Virus record (IMG/VR): IMGVR_UViG_3300035190_000668
Direction: 5' to 3' (one strand)
DNA length: 20,000 bases
Source: an uncultured virus (IMG/VR IMGVR_UViG_3300035190_000668)
Taxonomy: Duplodnaviria > Heunggongvirae > Uroviricota > Caudoviricetes
In this document: positions 1 through 7,457 of the stretch, piece by piece
How the letters are laid out: each line of letters opens with the position of its first letter
Position numbering within the stretch: position 1 is the stretch's first letter
Made by a program: the position numbers and the translations under genes
The notes under the pieces: generated by a model
Seen by the model: the letters and a program-made list of their open reading frames with translations, nothing else
The model's database searches: none
What the model was told of the DNA's origin: nothing

Positions 1-164
1 CTAGTAATATCCATCTGATATGTCTCAACATTATCTGAAACAAGTTCATTAACTTTAGAAAGGTTCCTAGAAACAGCTATTACCTTATATCCATTCTCAG
101 ATAGAAGTTTTACTGTAGCATAGCCAACGCCCTTGCTAGCCCCCGTTACTATGGCTGTTTTCAA
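1..164 (-). CDS. Short-chain dehydrogenase/reductase (SDR), N-terminal part; runs off the window
   Basis: Not in the ORF track. A TTG at 164, 1 nt after the upstream stop, reads MKTAIVTGASKGVGYATVKLLSENGYKVIAVSRN..., with the classical TGxxxGxG Rossmann motif. Confidence 0.85.
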   Translation of the reverse strand, partial: MKTAIVTGASKGVGYATVKLLSENGYKVIAVSRNLSKVNELVSDNVETYQMDIT

Positions 165-165
165 A

Positions 166-807
166 TTAATGAATCCAGTGTTGTGGAACCATATACTTAA
201 AGCCACTCTTAACTAAGTGTGCTGTATGGTGATATGGAGGCGAAGGAGGGAAAACAATAACGCTTCCTGCCTCTGGCTTTACATAAAACGTAAAAGAATT
301 GTCTTGAGCTTTTGCAAGATCCATATCAGGGTGAGGTCCACCATTATACATTGGTCCGTCAGGTGATCCGATTGTAAATGAAATCTCTCCGCCTTCGTAA
401 TCATCATTTAAGTACATTACAAAAGAAACCTTTAGTCTTTCATCCCCTTCTTGTTGGTCAAAGTGTGCCCCCATGTATGTTCCTGCTTGATACTTCTTAA
501 TAGGGTACATATCAAAAAGTTTTGGTTCTTCTGTAATACCCTGAGCTTTTGCATAGTCTCTAGCTACAACATCAAAAGCATCTTTTAAGGTATTGTAGAT
601 ATAATCATTGTTAGCATCTTTAATTCCCTGAGATTCTGAAGAAGATATGCTTCTATCAGTTCCATACACATAATGCTCCCCGCTGCATGCAGCCCATTCG
701 CCCCAGTTTGTTGACTCATCGCCTTCAATTGCAGCCATTAACTTCTTTGGATCTTCAATTACGTTTGTGTAGTAGTAGACCTTTTCTTCTAGGATGTTTT
801 TATTCAT
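166..807 (-). CDS. 2OG-Fe(II) oxygenase, prolyl-4-hydroxylase-like
   Basis: HFD...YLNDDYEGGEI...FPP...HHTA..V.SG.K: HxD...H iron triad plus a basic 2OG-binding residue. Confidence 0.9.
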   Translation of the reverse strand: MNKNILEEKVYYYTNVIEDPKKLMAAIEGDESTNWGEWAACSGEHYVYGTDRSISSSESQGIKDANNDYIYNTLKDAFDVVARDYAKAQGITEEPKLFDMYPIKKYQAGTYMGAHFDQQEGDERLKVSFVMYLNDDYEGGEISFTIGSPDGPMYNGGPHPDMDLAKAQDNSFTFYVKPEAGSVIVFPPSPPYHHTAHLVKSGFKYMVPQHWIH

Positions 808-820
808 CTGTATTCTCCAT

Positions 821-1483
821 TCATGAGTACTTGTTGTCTTGATAAAAGTTTGAAACCTTTACAAATCCTACTATAACATATCTTATGGGTCCTTCTCCAA
901 CATGCTTAACGCCATGCTCATGCTCTTCATCCCCTGGGAAAAACAGCAAATCTCCTGGTTTTGGCCTCAAAGATATATCAAGATTTGGAAAGAAAATTTC
1001 TCCATCTATATACTCATCGTTTAAATAAATTATAGTGGCATATTTTATTGATGGGTCTGTATGTTGATCTGTGTGAGACTTTAACTCTACGCCTGGCTGC
1101 ATTCTTTGAATTGTTGCAAGTCCGCTCAAGTTTAACTCTGGATCACACTGTGTAACTATATCATTAAGCCTATCATAAAATATTTTTTGTTCTTTATGAT
1201 TTGTAATATTTAAATTTTTATCAACCCAGTTTTGAGTAATTTCAAATTTGCCTTCAGCAACAAGGTTATCAACATCATCTCTTCCAAATTTTTCTAAACA
1301 AAAAATTTTTAAGTTGCTCATATATTCTACTTCCCAATCTGCTTGGGATGCCCCATCTATTATATTTAGAACAAAATCAAGCTCATCTTTGTTTAAGAAG
1401 TTTTTTATACAAATTATATTATTTGTAATTTCTTCAAATATAAAGTTGTCTTCTTTAAGTTTTTCCTTAAAGGTTTCAAGCAT
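821..1483 (-). CDS. 2OG-Fe(II) oxygenase, prolyl-4-hydroxylase-like
   Basis: HTD...YLNDEYIDGEIFFP...HGV..V..G.IRY. Start placed at ATG 1483, which overlaps the upstream stop; 1495 is an alternative. Confidence 0.9.
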   Translation of the reverse strand: MLETFKEKLKEDNFIFEEITNNIICIKNFLNKDELDFVLNIIDGASQADWEVEYMSNLKIFCLEKFGRDDVDNLVAEGKFEITQNWVDKNLNITNHKEQKIFYDRLNDIVTQCDPELNLSGLATIQRMQPGVELKSHTDQHTDPSIKYATIIYLNDEYIDGEIFFPNLDISLRPKPGDLLFFPGDEEHEHGVKHVGEGPIRYVIVGFVKVSNFYQDNKYS

Positions 1484-2231
1484 TTGGAATCTCATCAGAC
1501 TTGTACTTATTTCCGTCCTTGTCTAATTTCCAGCCTTGCTTCAATAGCTCTTGCCACTCTGCTCTTTCAATTTCTTGCTTTGCCCTAGTTTCTTTCATTT
1601 CTGCTGCCCAAGCATCTCTAACTTCTTGAGGGTAAGCATCTTCTTCTCTATCATCCCAAAAAGATCCTATAGTATATCTTACACCACTAGTAATAAGAGA
1701 TACTTCGTGCATATTATTAAATCCTCCGTCAAAAACAGCAAGCATTCCAACCTTTGGTTGAATCTCTATATTTTGATCTGGGAATCTAAGAAGTCCGCCT
1801 TCAAATTCATCATTAAGGTATAAAAATCCAGCATATCTACTTCTTGTAAAAGCACCAGAGTTTCCGTGCTCATCAGTGTTGTCAGAATGTACTCTAGCGT
1901 ATGCTCCTGGCTCCCATTTTTGTGTATGGTATCCAATCTTTGAAATTATTTTTGGGTCAAGATCATGTACTGATGCAATTGCTTCTGGCATTATTTTTTC
2001 AATATCTGAAAAAATTGTTGGTACCAAACCAGCGTCAACAACTTCTTGATCATTGTCTTGTGGTAGCACAGATGAGTATGACTCATAAAAAGATATTGGC
2101 ATCCAAGAAAGCTTGCCATTTTCTGCCTGAGCATCTAAAGCATTAACCATTTTTTGACACTCTTCTTTACTTATAAAGTCTTCATAAACAACTATGTCTT
2201 TTGTTAACCTTACTTTATTATCTAGGTTCAT
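1476..2231 (-). CDS. 2OG-Fe(II) oxygenase, prolyl-4-hydroxylase-like
   Basis: HSD...YLNDEFEGGLLRFP...HEV..ITSGVRY; ATGA overlap with the upstream gene. Confidence 0.9.
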   Translation of the reverse strand: MNLDNKVRLTKDIVVYEDFISKEECQKMVNALDAQAENGKLSWMPISFYESYSSVLPQDNDQEVVDAGLVPTIFSDIEKIMPEAIASVHDLDPKIISKIGYHTQKWEPGAYARVHSDNTDEHGNSGAFTRSRYAGFLYLNDEFEGGLLRFPDQNIEIQPKVGMLAVFDGGFNNMHEVSLITSGVRYTIGSFWDDREEDAYPQEVRDAWAAEMKETRAKQEIERAEWQELLKQGWKLDKDGNKYKSDEIPNA

Positions 2232-3094
2232 TTGATCCTTCTTTCTTTTTCGGCACTGATTTTATTTGGATGATCATCTCTAAACTTTTGCATAATGTCT
2301 GGCTGCATTTCTGCCCAAAGAGCAGACCCAAACTCTTTTTCTTTTTCAAACCATTCGGCATCTCCAGGGGAGTACTTCATCCAGTACATTCTTGATAAAT
2401 ACTTATTTGATCCAGTGGCTGGCATTACTCCATGAAGATATACGGACCCATTCTTTTTTAATATATCTGGGTGACCTGATGGGAACACCAAAAAATCTCC
2501 CGCCTCTGGCTTATACATGTAGGCTTCTCCATCAACTATAAAGTCAATCTCTCCACCTTCATAGTCATCATTAAAATAGGCAAGTGCCGTTATTGCAAAC
2601 TTATATCCTGGACTAACGATAGGCTCTCTAATATAGTCAGAGTGGTATGTCATTGCAACTTCATCCTGAATGTCTGTTCTATACCTTGCAATTGAAGGGC
2701 CAGTCATTCTCCACTCTTTTATGGGCTCTCCGCTATTTGTTAAAACATCTCTTTCTGTGTCAAAATCAACATTGTTTTTAACGGCATAGTCTTGTGTTAC
2801 TAAATAAAAGTTTTTAAATAGTTCTAAAATTGCTAGCTTTTGTTTTTCTTGTTTTTCTGTTTTTGTTTCTATAGCCTCAATATACTCTATTGAAAGACCG
2901 TGTGGATGATTTGCAAAAGTTGGGTTTAGGTATGTACCAAATAGTGACCACTGTGTCCAAGGACTAAACAAGCCATCATCTTCTCCATTAGAGTTTTTTA
3001 GTTCTGAATATGTTGAATCTATATCTTTAAAAACATTCTTGTATACAAAAATTTGAGGATAGATTTCAATTGGATCTAAAACTTTTTCTGTCAT
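2228..3094 (-). CDS. 2OG-Fe(II) oxygenase, prolyl-4-hydroxylase-like
   Basis: HSD...YFNDDYEGGEI...FPS...HGV......KY. Start moved from 3130 to ATG 3094 (MTEKVL), which gives an ATGA overlap with the upstream stop. Confidence 0.88.
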   Translation of the reverse strand: MTEKVLDPIEIYPQIFVYKNVFKDIDSTYSELKNSNGEDDGLFSPWTQWSLFGTYLNPTFANHPHGLSIEYIEAIETKTEKQEKQKLAILELFKNFYLVTQDYAVKNNVDFDTERDVLTNSGEPIKEWRMTGPSIARYRTDIQDEVAMTYHSDYIREPIVSPGYKFAITALAYFNDDYEGGEIDFIVDGEAYMYKPEAGDFLVFPSGHPDILKKNGSVYLHGVMPATGSNKYLSRMYWMKYSPGDAEWFEKEKEFGSALWAEMQPDIMQKFRDDHPNKISAEKERRIK

Positions 3095-3765
3095 GGCTTT
3101 CTGTCTCCTGTATGCTCTGTTATTTCCCAAAAGAAAGGACAGGTATATCTAACTCCACTCTTAATTTCTGTTACTCCGTGAATATAATTCATATCACCTG
3201 GGAAAAAATAAGCAGCGCCTTTCTTGGGCTTAAACTGAACACCTTGTTTTGGGAAGTATAACTCTCCACCTTCATAATCTTCATTCAAATAAAACAGACT
3301 TGACAGATCATAGTTTGGAAAATCGTTTGGAAGTCCAGCATCTGGACCTTCGTGCAGTTCTTTGTCTGCGTGAGGGTTTTGAAACTGTCCTGGAAGCCAT
3401 CTAACAATTGTTGTTCCAGTTGGAATAACTCTTACTTTATAAAACTCTTCAACAATTGGCTTTAGTCTTTGAAACAAACCTGCAATAATTGGAGCAATAG
3501 CTGGATCATTTTTATCTAAAGATGGGCTTGTGCAAACTCTATCTTTCCAATAATCAGAGTCATAGACAACTGTTCCATTTTCATTAACATGACTTTCTGT
3601 TACATCCCATATAGTTAAAGATTTTGCAGCTTTTTCTAAAAACTCCATCTCTTCTACAGTCATAAAATTTTCCAGCTCAACGATCATGTCTTTCCCATCA
3701 CCAAACCAACCAGAAGGGGTTAAAGATGGCTTTCTAACCACAACAGATGCATTTATATTATCCAT
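3091..3765 (-). CDS. 2OG-Fe(II) oxygenase, prolyl-4-hydroxylase-like
   Basis: HAD...YLNEDYEGGELYFP...HGVTEIKSGVRY. Confidence 0.9.
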   Translation of the reverse strand: MDNINASVVVRKPSLTPSGWFGDGKDMIVELENFMTVEEMEFLEKAAKSLTIWDVTESHVNENGTVVYDSDYWKDRVCTSPSLDKNDPAIAPIIAGLFQRLKPIVEEFYKVRVIPTGTTIVRWLPGQFQNPHADKELHEGPDAGLPNDFPNYDLSSLFYLNEDYEGGELYFPKQGVQFKPKKGAAYFFPGDMNYIHGVTEIKSGVRYTCPFFWEITEHTGDRKP

Positions 3766-3767
3766 AA

Positions 3768-4499
3768 TTAGATTATACCATTTCCTTTGTTAGTACGACT
3801 ATCAATCACAGAAAGCCTTAAAGCCTTTACTTCGTGACTACCCAAAGATTCTCCTTTTTCATTTACTGCATCTCTATACCAGTCGGTCCATGATCCAGAA
3901 GAGTTTACAACTTGTGCTGCAGTTCCATAGGAAACATTTGCATCCATTCTTTTTCTATCTTCGTCTTTGTAGTCAAGTATCTCAATAGAAGAATTGTTTA
4001 GGGTTGATAAAGAAATGGGTATTATTGTTGCCAATGGAGTATGTGCTTTAATTGTTACTTTTTCCCCTGACTTTTTTGCTTTTATTGCAAGTGGCAAGGG
4101 ATTATCATAAAAAGATGTACTGATAAGGTTAGACATAGTTTCAAAATCATTGCTAAAAAAGTTTACTGGGTTTATGGTAAGCATGCTTATGTCTTCAGAT
4201 GTTCTAAAAACTAATCCCGTGTTTAGGCTTATGGTTGACTGACCTCTTCCACCGTAAGAACCTTCTGGTGCTTTAATTATCTCAATATGATCTTGAGTTT
4301 GATCGTTTATGCCATCCCAAACAAACTCTATGTCTTGGTCACAAGAAAGGCTCCAGCCAACCACATTTGATTGTGTTACTGGAAAGCACCTATATGCGTG
4401 ACCTTCTGATGTTTCATCCATCCAGTCTCTTTTTATTGACATTGGCAAAATACTAAATGATGAACCATTCATCTTTTCAGCAAATATATTTAACATCAC
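3768..4499 (-). CDS. DUF6065-like protein
   Basis: KRDWMDET...HAYRCFPVTQSN..GW motif resembles DUF6065; P.ATIIPI near the C-terminus; no HxD...H triad. Confidence 0.65.
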   Translation of the reverse strand: MMLNIFAEKMNGSSFSILPMSIKRDWMDETSEGHAYRCFPVTQSNVVGWSLSCDQDIEFVWDGINDQTQDHIEIIKAPEGSYGGRGQSTISLNTGLVFRTSEDISMLTINPVNFFSNDFETMSNLISTSFYDNPLPLAIKAKKSGEKVTIKAHTPLATIIPISLSTLNNSSIEILDYKDEDRKRMDANVSYGTAAQVVNSSGSWTDWYRDAVNEKGESLGSHEVKALRLSVIDSRTNKGNGII

Positions 4500-5155
4500 T
4501 CTGCCTCTGGAACGTACATCTCTGGAGTATGAAACTTTTTGTTATAGTCTAACATCGTAACAATTGAATATTTTGTTCCTGATGTTACTGGCATTGCTTT
4601 ATGTGGATACATAAAGTTTGAAGGGAATATATAGAGATCTCCAGCTTTTGGCTTAATCTTTAAGTCTTGTAACCTAAAGTACAATTCTCCACCTTCGTAA
4701 TCATCGTTTACATATGACACTAAAGAAACAGTACAGTTATAAGAAAACCCGTGGTCGTGGTGCTCCTGAAAATGTTGACCTGGGCCATACTTGATAAAGT
4801 TAAAAGCTTCCCAATACTTTAAATCCATAATGTTATAGTCTTTTCTATAGTCTTCAACTGCTGGGGATTGTGCATCATATACATCTTGCCACAGTGATTG
4901 AAGATTTAAAGATGTCTGACTCTTATCTTGCTCAATATCTGTTTTTTTAAATTTAAAGTCATTGCAGTCTCTATATTCTGGCATTAACTGTTGGTATCCT
5001 ACATAGGCAGGAAGCCAACTATATCCAGTTTTATCTCCTACTGGCTTTAAGTTAGACTCTAATCTTCCTATTACGTCAATATCACTTTTGATTACATCTC
5101 TATAGCAAACAATACCGTTGCCTAGATTTTCTTTTGAGCTCCAAGTGTTCATCAT
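4496..5155 (-). CDS. 2OG-Fe(II) oxygenase, prolyl-4-hydroxylase-like
   Basis: KYGPGQHFQEHHD...YVNDDYEGGELYF...FPSNFMYPHKAMPVTSGTKY. Confidence 0.92.
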   Translation of the reverse strand: MMNTWSSKENLGNGIVCYRDVIKSDIDVIGRLESNLKPVGDKTGYSWLPAYVGYQQLMPEYRDCNDFKFKKTDIEQDKSQTSLNLQSLWQDVYDAQSPAVEDYRKDYNIMDLKYWEAFNFIKYGPGQHFQEHHDHGFSYNCTVSLVSYVNDDYEGGELYFRLQDLKIKPKAGDLYIFPSNFMYPHKAMPVTSGTKYSIVTMLDYNKKFHTPEMYVPEAE

Positions 5156-5161
5156 TACCCC

Positions 5162-5941
5162 TTATTTATATTCTCTTCTAGTCCAGACATGGTTTTTATA
5201 AATACCGCCATCTGGTTGACGGTAGAATTTCATGTTATTCATCATTTTATCATAAATTTCTTTGTCTTTTAAAAATTCTAACTTATGATCCCAGTTTTCT
5301 CTTTTAAAAGGAAGGATCTGCAAGTATGGTGTTCCTGCTGGTATTGTTCCTTCCCAATCTTTTGCTATAAAAAACGGAAATGTTCCTAATAGATGAACCT
5401 TGTCGCTATCTACAATTCCTGTTGTATTCATAAAAGGTAGATCAAATCTATTCATTGGAGTCATAAACAAAGCGCTGTATCCTTCAGGTAGCTCTATGCC
5501 CCATCCTGAGTACCAGGCAAAGTGATCTTTATAAAATCCTTCTGGATGCTCAAACTGAGGCATTGCAAGTCTTCTTGTACAGAAATCTTTGTTTTTAGGA
5601 TCATCAATTTTTACATCTATTGATCCTTCTGGTGTTTTAAAGAATGTAATATCACATGGTGTTTTTAAAACATACCCTGTTGAAAAACCATCCATAATTG
5701 CTGGGCATGCCTTCCAAGTTGGTATCTTTCCGTAATCATCTGTAGTTCCTTCTTTTGGAAAGGGACACACCTCTTTAGGTGCTTTATAGTATTCACCATT
5801 AGGCATTTTTGCAAATCTATCTGCATCTTTATACCATTTTGGAATTTCATTTTGTGTTGGAGTCGGAACTGATGGGTTTTCAGAATTTACCCAAGATCTA
5901 TAAGATCTAAATATTGCAGTCTGCGATATTTGTTCAGTCAT
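5162..5941 (-). CDS. Conserved phage protein, DUF6065-related (IPxWYK...KxCP type)
   Basis: IPKWYK...TWKACPAIMD...GY...P.NRFDLPF...GIVDSD...GTPYLQILPFKRENW; TAATG coupling to the upstream gene. Confidence 0.55.
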   Translation of the reverse strand: MTEQISQTAIFRSYRSWVNSENPSVPTPTQNEIPKWYKDADRFAKMPNGEYYKAPKEVCPFPKEGTTDDYGKIPTWKACPAIMDGFSTGYVLKTPCDITFFKTPEGSIDVKIDDPKNKDFCTRRLAMPQFEHPEGFYKDHFAWYSGWGIELPEGYSALFMTPMNRFDLPFMNTTGIVDSDKVHLLGTFPFFIAKDWEGTIPAGTPYLQILPFKRENWDHKLEFLKDKEIYDKMMNNMKFYRQPDGGIYKNHVWTRREYK

Positions 5942-6654
5942 TACTTATGACCTATCTCATTTATATCTGTCATAATAACAACACAATATTTTGTACCAGA
6001 CTCCATTGGAAGTGAGGCATGCTCATAAATATAGTTTGATGGAAATACTGCTATGTCTCCAACTCTTGGTTTGTATACCAAGTTATCTAGTCTTGGAAAC
6101 TTTAAATCCCCGCCAACATAGTCATCATTTATATAGATCACAGCAGAAACTGTGCAATTATAAGCAGGCCCATGGTCTGCATGAATATTAAAATGTGTGC
6201 CAGCACCTTCATATTTTACAAAGTTAAAAGCTTCGTAATACACTACATTAATGCCCCAATACTGTGCATAATCATCTATACAATACTTTAGTTTTTGATA
6301 AATTTCTTCATGCAGATCTATTAATTCAGAGTTATACTCATCTCTTGGCCCTAAGTTTTCCTGTTTATATTTAAAGTCTACTGCGTCCCTTGCTTTTTTA
6401 ATTGGAACTGTAGAGTTTGTTACTTGTGCTTCTGACCACTTATACTTGGAACCAGTTGACAAATTGGACTCAAGGGTGTTGATATATCTTTTTGAATCCT
6501 CTAAAGAAAATGTGTTGTGGTACACATGTAGACCTAGCCCTAAATTTTCAACAATAAATCTATTGTCTAGCACTCTTTCGGGCACTCTGTTTGATGCTGT
6601 CTCTGACCTGTCTTTTGTAAACCATGGGTTTTCATTTTCATTGTAGATATCCAT
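5941..6654 (-). CDS. 2OG-Fe(II) oxygenase, prolyl-4-hydroxylase-like
   Basis: HAD...YINDDYVGGDLKFP...FPSNYIYEHASLPMESGTKY. ATG 6654 follows GGGGTGG; GTG 6663 is an alternative. Close paralog of 4496-5155 (shared EAFNF.KY and YNCTVS). Confidence 0.92.
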   Translation of the reverse strand: MDIYNENENPWFTKDRSETASNRVPERVLDNRFIVENLGLGLHVYHNTFSLEDSKRYINTLESNLSTGSKYKWSEAQVTNSTVPIKKARDAVDFKYKQENLGPRDEYNSELIDLHEEIYQKLKYCIDDYAQYWGINVVYYEAFNFVKYEGAGTHFNIHADHGPAYNCTVSAVIYINDDYVGGDLKFPRLDNLVYKPRVGDIAVFPSNYIYEHASLPMESGTKYCVVIMTDINEIGHK

Positions 6655-6674
6655 TGTTACCACCCCTTTATTTT

Positions 6675-6683
6675 ATTATAACA
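6675..6683 (-). promoter_or_regulatory. Extended -10 promoter for the oxygenase operon
   Basis: TGTTATAAT on the minus strand about 20 nt before ATG 6654. Confidence 0.6.
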
Positions 6684-6731
6684 TAGTACTTCATAATACA
6701 CAACTTTTTAGCGTGTGCTAGCTCTCAAGGC

Positions 6732-6974
6732 TTAAGATTCTTTTCCCCATTTTCCAATAGGGCACTCCGCAATTTTAAGTGTCGTCTTTGCTTTCATAAT
6801 ACATCCACACTGTGTGCATTGAGTTGTTATTTTCATAAAATGATCACAGGACTTACATATTTCAAACCTTTTGTCTATTATTTCTTTATCTGTTATCCTG
6901 GCATCTGAATCTAACAAGTGCCAAGGCCTAGATGAGCCAATATTTTTTTTCCAATTTTCCCACGCCTCAGACAT
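6732..6974 (-). CDS. Small Cys-rich protein, DUF6171-like
   Basis: R..ICxxC...CxxCGC.M.xK......CP..KW pattern. Confidence 0.65.
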   Translation of the reverse strand: MSEAWENWKKNIGSSRPWHLLDSDARITDKEIIDKRFEICKSCDHFMKITTQCTQCGCIMKAKTTLKIAECPIGKWGKES

Positions 6975-6976
6975 TT

Positions 6977-7420
6977 TTAACTATCTAAATGCTGTGTAAG
7001 AACAGTGCCGTCCCAATTAAAGGTTTGTCCAATTGGATTTATTATATCTAGTGTATATTTAACCAAAATTGTTTCCCCCGAAAAAGCTGCCTCAAACATT
7101 TCTGAATCAGGAGAATTTATTTTCATGGTTGCTGAAAAAACTACCTTATCGTCACACAAAAAAACATACCTATTAATAGTATCAAGATATTCATTATCTA
7201 GCGGTGTTCCTAGATTAATGTTTCCACCAGTAAATGAAGTACCGTCCCACGTTGCTCCTCTTACTGCAGATGTTTTATGTTCTGCTGCATTCATTCCAGT
7301 TATTGGAAGTCCTGTTTCAATTGCTGCATCTAAAACCGTTGTATCGTGTTCAGGACTAAGAATAACTTTTTTAATGCAATCCCAAGTGTTGTTACTATTT
7401 TTTGTTAGTATAGCGTACAT
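6977..7420 (-). CDS. Hypothetical protein with two WDGT motifs
   Basis: 147-aa ORF with an AGGAG RBS; GATWDGTSFT and GQTFNWDGTV suggest an internal duplication. Confidence 0.7.
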   Translation of the reverse strand: MYAILTKNSNNTWDCIKKVILSPEHDTTVLDAAIETGLPITGMNAAEHKTSAVRGATWDGTSFTGGNINLGTPLDNEYLDTINRYVFLCDDKVVFSATMKINSPDSEMFEAAFSGETILVKYTLDIINPIGQTFNWDGTVLTQHLDS

Positions 7421-7457
7421 AAGGTTTTTCTCCTTTTATTAAAGTATATCATATGCA

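Noticed and set aside
1248..7442. Plus-strand ORFs (1248, 1551, 1901, 2201, 3070, 5991, 6446, 7005) and the nested minus ORF at 5665
   Set aside because: They overlap well-supported genes and have no recognisable motifs.
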